DNA of 64,000 bases from an uncultured Candidatus Binatia bacterium (GCA_965218425.1 OZ244621.1:3168001-3232000), one strand, 5' to 3'; shown: positions 20,300 through 30,438, numbered from the stretch's first letter. The notes: a model not told the origin generated them from the sequence alone. Numbers and translations are program-made.

Positions 20300-20455
20300 T
20301 TAGCTATCAGTCATCAGCTTTCAGCCATAAGCCAGGCAACGGGGGTCAACCGCAACAATGCCGTAGGCAAGGCGGATCAATGGGCATATTTTCATAGGAC
20401 CCATCAAAACAAGAGTAGAAGCGCAGGGCTGACGAGCAGGAGATGACAGCTAACT
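20300..20455. repeat. Heptamer inverted cassette between divergent gatC and rnhB
   Basis: Left arm GCTATCA-GTCATCA-GCTTTCA-GCCATAA; right arm GCTGACGAGC...GATGACAGCTA. Confidence 0.6.
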
Positions 20456-20513
20456 GGGCAATCGTATTATTTTATTTACAGCTCTGCTTGCTTTGGGATA
20501 AATTTGGATTTCT

Positions 20514-21329
20514 ATGAATGGTCGGCAGGGATCGCTCACGCCAGGACTGGCGCCTGGAGTGCAACAGGGTGAGTTGGAGGAGGAAGGGTTCTCACTCGGG
20601 TTCAAGTACGTAGCCGGTCTGGATGAGGTGGGTAGAGGTCCCCTGGCAGGACCGGTCGTGGCAGCGGCTGTCATTTTCCCGCGTGGGTTCGTTCATCCAG
20701 ACATCACGGACTCCAAGCTTCTAACCCCGAAGAAGCGAGAGGCGTTGGTCCCTTTGATTCAGGAAAGCGCCCTGGCCTGGGGAGTGGGTTCGGCCGAACC
20801 CCATGAGATTGACCGGATCAACATTTTGCAGGCGAGCCTTTTGGCCATGGCCCGTGCCCTTCTACAAATGGTGTTGGAACCGGACTATCTCTTAATAGAC
20901 GGTATCCACACGATCCCTCATTCGTATCTTGTCCCATCGGCGGCCGGTGATTCCCAAATCTCAAAGGCAAATCGCAGGTCTCCAATGAGCAGGGCATCGA
21001 GTAAACAAAGCATGACGATGAGGGCGCCATGCCAAAAGACGGTGAAACACGGCGACGGGCTCTGTCTTTCCATCGCCGCGGCCTCAATCCTAGCGAAAGT
21101 AACGCGCGACGGGTTAATGGCCGAATATGACCTTCACTACCCCGAGTACGGTTTCGCAGGGCACAAGGGCTATGGTTGTGCCTCGCACCTGCGCGCGATA
21201 CAACAATACGGGCCGTCTCCCATACATCGTAAAAGCTTCAGGCCGGTTCGAGAGAGCCTGGTGCCACAGCGGTCTGACCGGCAGTCAACACTCTCCTTAG
21301 ATCCCTCTAGGAAAACCACTAAAGACTAA
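20514..21329 (+). CDS. rnhB: Ribonuclease HII
   Basis: GLDEVGRGPLAGPVV, DSKLL, SIAAASILAKVTRD, HKGY and HRKSF. Confidence 0.96.
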   Translation: MNGRQGSLTPGLAPGVQQGELEEEGFSLGFKYVAGLDEVGRGPLAGPVVAAAVIFPRGFVHPDITDSKLLTPKKREALVPLIQESALAWGVGSAEPHEIDRINILQASLLAMARALLQMVLEPDYLLIDGIHTIPHSYLVPSAAGDSQISKANRRSPMSRASSKQSMTMRAPCQKTVKHGDGLCLSIAAASILAKVTRDGLMAEYDLHYPEYGFAGHKGYGCASHLRAIQQYGPSPIHRKSFRPVRESLVPQRSDRQSTLSLDPSRKTTKD

Positions 21330-21341
21330 TCCGTACTGAAT

Positions 21342-21707
21342 ATGGAAGGACAGAAACAGATTCTGGGGAGAGAAGGGGAAGGGATTGCGGAGCGCTATCT
21401 TAAAAAACAAGGGTTCAAGCTACTGGAGCGGAACTACCGTTGTCCCGTGGGGGAATTGGACCTGGTGGCCCTGGACCGTAAGGTTCTAGTTTTCGTGGAG
21501 GTTAAGACCCGAATCAGCGACAGCTCGGGGGCACCCTTGGAGGCGGTGGATCGGCGCAAGCAGCGGCAGATCATAAAAACGGCCCTCTATTTTCTCAGTC
21601 AAAAACGGCTCCACGATCGAGACGCCAGGTTCGATGTCATTGGCGTCTCCATGGAGGGGGGAAAGCCTGTGGTGGAGCATATTCGGAATGCATTTGAAGT
21701 TGGTTAA
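21342..21707 (+). CDS. yraN: YraN family (UPF0102) protein
   Basis: GEGIAERYL, ERNYRC..GELDLVA, FVEVKTR, RFDVI and HIRNAF. Confidence 0.93.
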   Translation: MEGQKQILGREGEGIAERYLKKQGFKLLERNYRCPVGELDLVALDRKVLVFVEVKTRISDSSGAPLEAVDRRKQRQIIKTALYFLSQKRLHDRDARFDVIGVSMEGGKPVVEHIRNAFEVG

Positions 21708-21902
21708 TCGTTGAGCCGTTGCCGATTACTTCCTAGCCAGTTGCCTCAATTTCCTTGTTCCTAAAAAGTTTTTGGCATCACATTCGGTTCTCGCATTGGA
21801 ATGGGTCCTAATCTGACATTCGCAATTATGCGAATAACGATTTACTATGAGATGAACGAGCGGCCAATATGCCATTGGCGAATATACGAATGAACGATTA
21901 AC
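21703..21902. repeat. Short-period inverted cassette (empty) between yraN and serS
   Basis: GTTAATCGTT (21703-21712) and AACGATTAAC (21893-21902) are perfect reverse complements. The right arm has CGAATATA-CGAATGAA-CGATTAA units. Confidence 0.7.
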
Positions 21903-21911
21903 GAGTAGGAC

Positions 21912-23180
21912 ATGTTAGACGCGAAACTCTTGCGCGAGCAATTGGACCTGGTGAAGGAACGCGTCGGATCCAGAGGCGCGACTTTCAATTGGGAAGAGTT
22001 GACGGAAGTGGACCGAAGGCGTAGGAGGATCCTCGCTGAAACGGAAAAGCTCAAAGAAAAGAAGAACCGATTGTCCGGGGAGATCGGCAAAATCAAGAAA
22101 TCGGGTGGGGATGCCGGTACGCTTATGGCTGAGAACGAGGGGCTTTCGAATGCCATTCGCAAACTGGCAAGGCCTTTGGCGGAGATCGAAAAACGGTTTG
22201 AGGATCTCATGCTCGTGGTACCCAATGTGCCCCATGAATCCGTTCCCAGGGGAGCCGATGCGCGAGACAATCCGGAGGTCAGGCGGTGGGGTGATCCGCC
22301 GAAAATAGAATTTAAGCCGAAAAACCATTGGGAAATCGGAGAGGAACTGGAAATCCTCGACTTTACTCGTGCGGCAAAAATTACAGGTGCCCGGTTTGCC
22401 CTCTACCGGGGCCAAGGCGCCCAACTGGAGCGGGCCTTGATCAATTTCATGCTCGATTTTCACATCCAGCGAGGCTACACAGAAGTCATTCCTCCCTTTC
22501 TGGTAAATCGGGATTCGGTACTCGGGACGGCTCAGCTTCCCAAGTTCGAGGCCGAACTGTTTCGAACACTGGACCCCGAGCTGTATTTGATTCCGACTGC
22601 TGAAGTGCCTCTGACAAACATCCATCGCGGGGAGATTTTAAGCAAGCAGGACCTGCCCATCTGCTCGGTTGCCTACACTCCGTGTTTCCGAAGAGAAGCG
22701 GGATCCTATGGCCAGGACGTACGGGGGCTGATTCGTCTGCATCAGTTCAACAAGGTGGAGTTAGTAAAAATCACCGAGCAACAAACGTCCTACGACGAAC
22801 TGGAAAAGTTAACCGCCGATGCGGAGGAAATCCTCCGGCAACTGGGTCTGCACTATCGCGTGGTGGAACTCTGCACGGGAGATCTGGGCTTTGCCGCAGC
22901 AAAGACCTACGATCTCGAGGTCTGGCTGCCGGGGCAGGAGACCTTTCGAGAAATCAGTTCCTGCTCCAACTTTGAAGACTTTCAGGCGCGACGTGCCGGC
23001 ATCCGCTTTCGTTCGGATAAGAAGGCAAGACCGGCTTTTGTGCACACCCTCAACGGCTCAGGATTGGCGGTGGGAAGGACTTTGGTGGCGGTCTTGGAAA
23101 ACTACCAGCAGAAAGATGGAAGCGTCACGGTTCCGGAGGTCCTTCGCCCCTATATAATGGGTCTCAAACAAATCGGCTGA
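21912..23180 (+). CDS. serS: Serine--tRNA ligase
   Basis: PTAEVP, FRREAGS, HQFNKVE, EISSCSN and [11 protein letters not shown]. Confidence 0.98.
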   Translation: MLDAKLLREQLDLVKERVGSRGATFNWEELTEVDRRRRRILAETEKLKEKKNRLSGEIGKIKKSGGDAGTLMAENEGLSNAIRKLARPLAEIEKRFEDLMLVVPNVPHESVPRGADARDNPEVRRWGDPPKIEFKPKNHWEIGEELEILDFTRAAKITGARFALYRGQGAQLERALINFMLDFHIQRGYTEVIPPFLVNRDSVLGTAQLPKFEAELFRTLDPELYLIPTAEVPLTNIHRGEILSKQDLPICSVAYTPCFRREAGSYGQDVRGLIRLHQFNKVELVKITEQQTSYDELEKLTADAEEILRQLGLHYRVVELCTGDLGFAAAKTYDLEVWLPGQETFREISSCSNFEDFQARRAGIRFRSDKKARPAFVHTLNGSGLAVGRTLVAVLENYQQKDGSVTVPEVLRPYIMGLKQIG

Positions 23181-23238
23181 CCTGTTCTTTTAATTCCCTC
23201 GTTGATCTACTTTCCCGGCGGTTTCAACCAGGCCTCGG

Positions 23239-23775
23239 CTAATGGGTCATCAGAGATAGCTCGATATCGATATTCTCCTCCCTTTCTACTTCGGCGAAGC
23301 GTGCTTTCAACTCATTGATATTGATGGTGGTGGGAACTGCAATCTGGGCTTCCAACCGAAAGATGGGCGTGCCGCTAACAGGCGCGGCATAGGTTTTGGT
23401 TTCCATGGATTCAATGTTGATGGCAAGACGGCTCAGAATGCTGCTTAGTTTGTGAACCACGCCAGGGTGGTCCATTAAAGAAGCCGTTAGCCGATAGGGG
23501 AGGGAGGCTTCCGGGATCCTCTTGCCGGCGGGTGTCTTGATTGAAATGTTGAGTCCCGTCTGCTCTGCCAGCTTTTCATACCGGTCGCCTATTTCTCTCA
23601 GGTCATCGCCTGCGCCGGAAATTAGAGCGATCAGTGCAAACTCGCCGCAGAATACCGCCATTTTACTATCTTCAATATTGCAGCGGCGCTGTGCGATGAA
23701 TTCCGAGATCTTTTCCACTAGACCGATCCGATCCGGCCCCACGGCAGTCAAGATGCGGTTATCTTTTTCCACCAT
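23239..23775 (-). CDS. Tandem ACT-domain protein (GcvR-like)
   Basis: LTAVGPDRIGLV..CNIEDSKM and DHPGVVHKLS..INIESMET. Confidence 0.88.
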   Translation of the reverse strand: MVEKDNRILTAVGPDRIGLVEKISEFIAQRRCNIEDSKMAVFCGEFALIALISGAGDDLREIGDRYEKLAEQTGLNISIKTPAGKRIPEASLPYRLTASLMDHPGVVHKLSSILSRLAINIESMETKTYAAPVSGTPIFRLEAQIAVPTTININELKARFAEVEREENIDIELSLMTH

Positions 23776-24003
23776 AATGGCAACCTCCAATTTGACTGTG
23801 CCCGAACCAATACACAACGTCGTTATTAAGTTTTTAATTAACTCAATTTTCTGGTGATTTACGGAAATTCGTCGCTATTGACATGAGCGCTCTGTTTTAC
23901 TAAAAGCCCGGGCTGGCTTTAGGTGAAATCCTATCCCATATTCCCTATGCCTTCCAGCACCTTTTGATGGTCCAACAGGGATGAGCCCTTGAGAGCATGT
24001 AAT

Positions 24004-24384
24004 ATGCTGAAAAGACTATGCAAAATTTTCACCTTTGCGGGAGCAATGGGTTTGACCCTGTTAAGGGTGCAGTCGAACGGGCTGGCTGTCCCTAGCCAAT
24101 TCGCAAAACCCCGGACCCAGGATCGGGGTGCGGTCCAAGGTCTCCTTGACGAGGCAAGGCCCTATTATCGCAAGGGAAAATACGCTGAGGCGAAGCCCTT
24201 GTTGAGGCAGGCCCTTTCCATCCGGGAGAAATCCCTTGGGTCTGAGCACCCAGCGGTTGCGCGGAGCCTCAACGGTCTGGCGGTGATTTACTTTCTCCAG
24301 GGCGGGTACGTCGAAGCCGAACCTCTGGTGAAGCGGGCCAAGGCCATCAAAGCCAAGCACGCCCAAAAATCGCCAACCAAGTAA
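24004..24384 (+). CDS. Short exported tetratricopeptide-repeat protein
   Basis: GKYAEAKPLLRQALSIREKSLGSEHPAVARSLNGLA (kinesin-light-chain-type TPR). Confidence 0.8.
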   Translation: MLKRLCKIFTFAGAMGLTLLRVQSNGLAVPSQFAKPRTQDRGAVQGLLDEARPYYRKGKYAEAKPLLRQALSIREKSLGSEHPAVARSLNGLAVIYFLQGGYVEAEPLVKRAKAIKAKHAQKSPTK

Positions 24385-24398
24385 GCCATAGCTTAAAC

Positions 24399-24721
24399 GT
24401 GGCTCGATTCAAATTGTTGACCCGTTTGAAGGCCGCGGGAAAAATCTAAAGCGAGAAATCCAGGTCTATCGACTGGTGCTGAAGGATCATCGGACACCTA
24501 GGCTCGCGAAGATGCTTCTCGGGCTTGCCATAGGCTATGCGGTTTTACCCTTCGATATCATTGCGGATTTCATTCCGGTCATCGGCCATTTGGACGATCT
24601 CATCATTGTGCCCGCCCTGATCATTGCAGCGTTAAAGATGATTCCCAGCGAGGTGTTGGAGAATTGCAAGGTCAAGGTCAATTCTCCTGCTGAAGAGTAT
24701 CAGAAAAGATCCGGGTCTTGA
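24399..24721 (+). pseudogene. YkvA/DUF1232 family membrane protein, frameshifted near 24440
   Basis: [17 protein letters not shown]...[20 protein letters not shown]; the 5' part is out of frame. Confidence 0.75.
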
Positions 24722-24798
24722 CTCTTGGGTGTCCGTTAGTCGTCCTGGCATTTGAAATCAATTTGACGAAGAGATAATATCTCAATTTTCTTAGCGCT

Positions 24799-25287
24799 AT
24801 GTGTTTTCAAATCATCGACCCAAGACTCCGGCGTAATATCCGTCCTATCTTTTTCAGTCTTTGCTAGCTTTTATATCTTTGCTCCTGCTGCTCTGGCTAG
24901 AGGGCGCTTATCTGGTGAGAACCGTCATTATTGCTGCCATTGGTTCCACCGGATTCGTTCTCTTTGCCCCCCTCACAGCGCTAATGCAGCCCCGCGCCGC
25001 GTGGTTGGCGGTCATTTGATTGGTCTAGTTATCGGATGCGCCCTCGCATTGTTTAACGCCACCTCGGGAGTCCAACGGCTCCTTTACAATGTCCCGTTCC
25101 TCTTCGATGTGGAGGCGGCGCTAGCGGTGGGCCTACTGACACAGAACACGCCCCAGCGGCAGGTGCGGCACTGGCCATGGTGGTCCAGGGTTTTAGCGGG
25201 TCATTGGTTTTCTTCGTTGCTGGCAGTGTAATCGCACTTGCCCCGATTCACGGACTGCTGCGTCCTTACCTCCGTGATCTTCTGTAG
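24799..25287 (+). pseudogene. HPP family membrane protein, multiply frameshifted
   Basis: Pieces AAIGSTGFVLFA / PHSANAAPRRVVGGHLIG / TEHAPAAGAALA...LRPYLRDLL* lie in different frames. Confidence 0.8.
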
Positions 25288-25413
25288 TTCCTCGGGCCCA
25301 TTAACGTCAATGTGCTGGCTTCGTTCAAGTTTGAATGTCGATGCCATTGAAGTCCGTGGGAACGAGATATATGGAGGAAGATCTGGGTTAAAACGGCTGG
25401 CTCGTACGCTCTC

Positions 25414-25443
25414 TTGACACGGGCAAATGCCGACATATATGCT
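25414..25443 (+). promoter_or_regulatory. Putative sigma-70 promoter of the cupin/UbiD locus
   Basis: TTGACA-N18-TATGCT, 20 nt before ATG 25464. Confidence 0.5.
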
Positions 25444-25463
25444 TCGCCCATAAGGGGGATGCA

Positions 25464-26516
25464 ATGTCGTCTAACGATCTAATTCAAGAACTCAATCGAG
25501 AGGTTCGAGAGAAAAACATGGAAGGGCTCTGGGACGAGGCCTGGGAAGCAAGTGCCAGTGTCCTGACAAAGGATCCCAAGACCCTGGTTTTGCCATGCCT
25601 TTGGAAATGGGACGATATCTACAGAAATATCCAGAAAGCGGGAGACCTTGTTGGACTGGAGGGTAAGGTTGAGAGGCGTACTCTACGATTACTGAATCCC
25701 GGATTGAAAAATCTTGACGGGGCAAGAAGGGCAACCACTCATACGATTCACATGTCGGTTCAGCTTTTAAAGCCGGGCGAGCTGGCAGGGAGCCATCGGC
25801 ATAATTTTGCTGCGTTTCGTTTCGTGATCAAGGGGAAGGGAGCGTACACAGTGGTGGAGGGTGAGAAGTTTGTCATGGAGGAGGGGGACTTGATTCTCAA
25901 TCCACCCATGACCTGGCATGGTCACGGCAATGAAGCCGGCCCCATGGTTTGGTTGGACGGTCTCGATTATCCGTTATTGAATTCGCTTCAGGTCATCACA
26001 TGGGAACCGTTCCCAGGTGACTTTCAACCCATCAAGAAGTCGTCTGAACATTCCATACACAGGGTTGGGATGGTTCGGCCCGTGTGGGGGGATCAGGCTT
26101 CCGGCCCGCTGTGTTACAAGTGGAAAGATACCTATCAGACCTTGAAGAATCTTATGGATACTGAGGGGAGTCCTTTTGATGGTATCGCATTAGAGTACGT
26201 AAACCCCATGACTGGGGGACACACGTTCCCCACCGTCGCTTGCTGGAATCAAATGCTGAGACCGGGAGAGGTGACCAAGACCCATCGACATAACAGCAGT
26301 ACGGTTTATCATGCCTTTAGGGGGAGCGGCACCACCATTATTGATGGGAAGGGATTTGATTGGGAGACAGGGGACTGTTTTGTGGTTCCACTGTGGAGCT
26401 GGCATTCTCATCAGAATCGCTCGAAGGATCAAGAAGCGATCCTCTTCTCCATGAATGACAAGCCGGTAATGGATGCCTTGAAGTTGTATCGGGAGGAGCC
26501 GGGAGAAGGAGCGTGA
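25464..26516 (+). CDS. Gentisate 1,2-dioxygenase-like bicupin
   Basis: LWKWDD, ERRTLRLLNPG, SHRH..AFRFV, WHGH, WLDGLDYP, YVNPMTGG, THRH and WHSH. Confidence 0.88.
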   Translation: MSSNDLIQELNREVREKNMEGLWDEAWEASASVLTKDPKTLVLPCLWKWDDIYRNIQKAGDLVGLEGKVERRTLRLLNPGLKNLDGARRATTHTIHMSVQLLKPGELAGSHRHNFAAFRFVIKGKGAYTVVEGEKFVMEEGDLILNPPMTWHGHGNEAGPMVWLDGLDYPLLNSLQVITWEPFPGDFQPIKKSSEHSIHRVGMVRPVWGDQASGPLCYKWKDTYQTLKNLMDTEGSPFDGIALEYVNPMTGGHTFPTVACWNQMLRPGEVTKTHRHNSSTVYHAFRGSGTTIIDGKGFDWETGDCFVVPLWSWHSHQNRSKDQEAILFSMNDKPVMDALKLYREEPGEGA

Positions 26517-26536
26517 GTTGAGGTGGAGGAGGATTG

Positions 26537-27577
26537 ATGGCATTTTCAGGTCCGGTTTCTAGTGACAGACTTTACCTTGAGCAGGTTCGCTACGGGAAGG
26601 AAGAGCAGAAACGCCGCAAGGAGGGTCCGGTCTTCGTATCTGGTGAAGAGGCTTTTCGGGTGCTGGAAAACGCCAATGGCGTTTACCTTGTGGATCCCCG
26701 AATGGGGTTCAACAATCGAACCCATCGGCTGTTCATCAGTAAGCACCTTCCATCTGAAGCCGAAGAGGGGCAGATGTGGAAGACATTGGGACATCGGCAC
26801 ACGGTGGAAGCGGTGATTCACTGGTTAGCGGGAGAGGGCTACAGTATCATCGATGGGAAGCGTTACGATTGGGAGGCGGGTGACTTCATTTGCGTGCCTA
26901 TGTTCGCCTGGCATCGCCACATCAACACCGGCAACACGCCGGCACTCCATATTGCATCCACAACAGGCCCCCTCTCCATGGAAATCGGGCAGGCCGTCTA
27001 TGAGGACGAACGCTATCCGGAATACTGGATCTATGCCCAACAGGGTGAGGACGCGTTACGTACGCTGCTTCCGGGGGGAGACGCAAGTACGGTGGGCAAT
27101 GCGGTGGGGCGCGAGGCTGATGGCGAGGCAGGCCGGCTCTATGCCGAGCAGGTGGCTTTTGCTTCTACGGAAGAGCAAAAACGTAGAAACAGCAAAGTGC
27201 TGGTGAAGTTGAGCGGGCTTCGTTTCGAGCCTACTGCCATGGGTGCTGTGGCCTACGTGGTGGACAGTCGTATAGGATTTTATGTTAAAGAGCTTGCAAC
27301 GCTAGTGGCCGAGATTCCCAAGGGCAAGCACTCTGGAGCACATCGGCACTTTTATGATGAAATCGACCACGTCTTATCAGGGTCCGGTCATTGCGTTGTG
27401 GATGATAAGAACTATGACATAAAGAAGGGTGACACCCTGGCGATTCCCGTCTTTGCGTGGCACCAGTACTTTAACACCGCAGAGGTGCCGCTTCGGATCC
27501 TGGCCCACAGCACTCGTACCTTGATGGAAAACCTGGGATTCTCTCTCACCCATCAGGGCGAAGTGGCCGACTATTAG
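26537..27577 (+). CDS. Second bicupin (cupin_2 x2) protein
   Basis: GHRHTVEA..G.GYS..PMFAWHRH and AHRHFYDE..G.G..PVFAWHQY. Confidence 0.85.
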   Translation: MAFSGPVSSDRLYLEQVRYGKEEQKRRKEGPVFVSGEEAFRVLENANGVYLVDPRMGFNNRTHRLFISKHLPSEAEEGQMWKTLGHRHTVEAVIHWLAGEGYSIIDGKRYDWEAGDFICVPMFAWHRHINTGNTPALHIASTTGPLSMEIGQAVYEDERYPEYWIYAQQGEDALRTLLPGGDASTVGNAVGREADGEAGRLYAEQVAFASTEEQKRRNSKVLVKLSGLRFEPTAMGAVAYVVDSRIGFYVKELATLVAEIPKGKHSGAHRHFYDEIDHVLSGSGHCVVDDKNYDIKKGDTLAIPVFAWHQYFNTAEVPLRILAHSTRTLMENLGFSLTHQGEVADY

Positions 27578-27779
27578 TGTCGCCGCAACAAGCCTGCAGC
27601 ATTCCATTTAAGGGATTTCCCGTTTTGGCCTTGCATTTGTCGTCTTCATGACTCGACGACTCCACCACCGGCCTTTCATGAGGCAATCGAAAGATCACCG
27701 GTGGTATTGGTTGCTCAAGCCGTGAACGCGATCGTCGGAGCGGTAGGATTCATGATCGGTTCAAAAGAAAGGAATCTCC

Positions 27780-29399
27780 ATGGAGTATTTCAAAGACGTG
27801 CGTGAGCATATCGAGGCACTTGGGGCAGAGGGTCTATTGGTTCGGGTCGATCAAGCGATCAACAAGGACACCGAACTGCATCCCCTCGTGCGGCTTCAAT
27901 TCCGCGGCCTTGGGGAAGCCCAACGGAGAGCATTCCTGTTCACCAATGTCAGTGACGTGGCGGGTCGCCATTTCCGTATCCCTGTAAGCGTCGGTCATCT
28001 GGCCGCATCTCGTCGGATTTATGCGTTTGGAATGCGGTGCGCTCCCGACCGGATAGCCCAAAAATGGACCGAAGCGCTGCAAAACACCATAGAGCCGGTG
28101 TGCTTGGATGAGGGAAGCGTCCACGAAGAGGTCTATATGGGCAAAGATTTGGATGATCCTTCCAGGGGGGTCGAGAAATTCCCGATACCCATCTCGACTC
28201 CGGGATTCGACGCGGGGCCCTACATCAGCGCGGGGCACTGGGTTACGAAGGACCCTGACACCGGTATTCGGAATATCGGGACCTACCGAGGAATGGTTAA
28301 ATCTCGAACCCGTCTAGGGATGAATGCCGGTGACAAGCAGCACATTACACGGCACTGGAACAAATGGCAGAGGCTCGGCAAGCCCATGCCCGTTGCCATC
28401 GTCATGGGCGCTCCCCCGAATGTTTCCTATACTTCCGTTGTAAAGATCCCGTACGGCCTAGACGACTATGCGGTGGCTGGGGGCTTGGCTGGAGAGCCCG
28501 TTCAGTTGGTCAAAGCCAAAACGGTGGAAATTGAGGTGCCGGCAAATGCTGAGATTGTCATTGAAGGTTTTTTGAGTACGGAATTCCTGGAGCCCGAGGC
28601 TCCCTTTGGGGAGTACACGGGCTATATGGACCCCCAGCAAATGAACCCTTTTTTTGAGATCACTTGTATCACACACCGCAAAAACCCGTATCTTGTTACG
28701 ATGCTCAGCCAGTTTCCGCCGTCCGAATCCAGCAAGATACGAGCGGTGGGAAGCGAGGGGAACGCGATTTCGTATTTGCGTGGCTTGGGCTTTGAATGCG
28801 TCAGGGATGTTGCCTTCAACGAAGCCAGCGGGAGTTGGGGAATGTGCTGCATCCAGGTGAGCAACCCGAAAAAGGGGGAGGCTTCTCAGATTCTGGAGGC
28901 GTGCGGTGGTTCGTCTGTCATTGGGAGCAAAATAGTCGTCCTAGTGGACGACGATATTGACCCTAGGGATACCGAATCCATCGTCTGGGCCATGAGCTAT
29001 CGGATGCAACCTCACCGTGATACCAAGATCATGCTAACTGATTTATTTATCCCCGATTGGTCCATGTTTCCTCCGGGCGCCGGCGATGCAGGCGGCTTTT
29101 ACGCCGACTCGGAAATGAAAACTTCAAAGTTGCTGATTGACGCCACCCGTAAGTGGCCCTATCCGCCCGTGTCGCTGCCGTCAAAGTCCATCATGGAAAC
29201 GGCAGTTTCTATTTGGAAGGAACTTGGCTTGCCGTCCCTACAACTTCGTACCCCATGGTACGGTTACGAGCTCGGATGGTGGTCCGATGTGGAACGGGAG
29301 GCCGGAAAGCTTGCGGTCCAGGGCCGGTACTTGGAGACCGGTGAAAAAATGCAGCAGGGCCGTGTGCCTGCACTCGCGAGCCACGGCAAAAAAGATTAA
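27780..29399 (+). CDS. UbiD family (prFMN-dependent) decarboxylase/carboxylase
   Basis: RNIGTYR, AEIVIEG, EAPFGEYTGY, VDDDIDP and IDATRK. Confidence 0.93.
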   Translation: MEYFKDVREHIEALGAEGLLVRVDQAINKDTELHPLVRLQFRGLGEAQRRAFLFTNVSDVAGRHFRIPVSVGHLAASRRIYAFGMRCAPDRIAQKWTEALQNTIEPVCLDEGSVHEEVYMGKDLDDPSRGVEKFPIPISTPGFDAGPYISAGHWVTKDPDTGIRNIGTYRGMVKSRTRLGMNAGDKQHITRHWNKWQRLGKPMPVAIVMGAPPNVSYTSVVKIPYGLDDYAVAGGLAGEPVQLVKAKTVEIEVPANAEIVIEGFLSTEFLEPEAPFGEYTGYMDPQQMNPFFEITCITHRKNPYLVTMLSQFPPSESSKIRAVGSEGNAISYLRGLGFECVRDVAFNEASGSWGMCCIQVSNPKKGEASQILEACGGSSVIGSKIVVLVDDDIDPRDTESIVWAMSYRMQPHRDTKIMLTDLFIPDWSMFPPGAGDAGGFYADSEMKTSKLLIDATRKWPYPPVSLPSKSIMETAVSIWKELGLPSLQLRTPWYGYELGWWSDVEREAGKLAVQGRYLETGEKMQQGRVPALASHGKKD

Positions 29400-29428
29400 G
29401 CTATTGATCCTCGTATAATATAATGACA

Positions 29429-29960
29429 TCAGAAAAGGCTGGACTGTTTCCAGAAGGCGGTAACGAGACGAGGCCTGCGGCGCATTCGGCAAAGGGCGCG
29501 ACGAGCATGGTGGCTGAGTTGAGCGAAGTCCTTGGCACAGAAGTTGGGCAGTTCATGATGCTTCCAGTATCCCCAGAGGTATTCGACGGGATTCAGTTCC
29601 GGTGCATAGGCCGGCAACCGTTCCAGCACCAACGCGCCTTCGGTAGCGGCAACAAAGTCCCGAACCAACCGGCTCCGGTGGCTGGGCAGTCCGTCCCACA
29701 CTACCAGCAGCGGCCCGGAAACATGACGCATCAAGTGCTTCAGGAATTCGATGATCTGGGGGCTCTTGATGGCTCCCGGATACACTCGAAAGTACAAGCG
29801 CCACCAGGTGACTCCGGCGATGGCCGACAGACTCTTCCAGTTGAAGTGATATTGCAGCACTGGCGTCTGTCCTCGGGGCGACCACGTACGATACCGATTC
29901 GGCCGCTCGCTCAGCCCGCTTTCGTCCACGAACACTATGGTTCGCCCCTCGTTTCGGGCT
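29429..29960 (-). CDS. IS630 transposase, DDE part (orfB, reached by -1 frameshift)
   Basis: FVDESG, VWDG and PAYAPELNPVE catalytic triad. Confidence 0.9.
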
Positions 29961-30438
29961 TTTTTTTAATCTCCGGCCAGCGCTTCTTCTTCCACTGCCG
30001 GATCGCCTCTTCATCTCGTTCCAAGGCACGTCCCGTCGGCCGCTGGCAACTCCACCCCAACTGCCGCAATATCCGCCAAACATGGCCCGGATGGTATGTG
30101 ACTCCGCAGGCTTCCCCAATCAAGTGGGCCACTCGCCTTGCGGTCCACAGGCTCGTGTCGTACCCCAGCGCTTCGGGTCCCCGTTTCAAACCGCCCTCGA
30201 TCTTCTTCAGATCCGCCGGGCTCAGTCGCGGCTTGCGTCCGGCACGCCCCGCCTGCTTGAGCCCGGCTCTGCCGCTCTCGGCCAACTGCCGCGCCCATCG
30301 ATTCACCGACTGGCGGCGCACTCCCACCCAACGCGCCACCTCCGCCTCCGACAGCCCTCGCTTCAACAGCCTCCCCGCCTCCATCCACCGCCGCTCCAAT
30401 GCTTCAAAGTCCCGTCGCACTCCAAGTGGGTTTCCCAT
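29935..30438 (-). CDS. IS630 transposase, N-terminal HTH part (orfA)
   Basis: HTH AEVARWVGVRRQSVNRW, WTARRVA and GWSCQRP; an A8 slippery run at 29960-29967. Confidence 0.9.
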   Translation of the reverse strand: MGNPLGVRRDFEALERRWMEAGRLLKRGLSEAEVARWVGVRRQSVNRWARQLAESGRAGLKQAGRAGRKPRLSPADLKKIEGGLKRGPEALGYDTSLWTARRVAHLIGEACGVTYHPGHVWRILRQLGWSCQRPTGRALERDEEAIRQWKKKRWPEIKKKPETRGEP

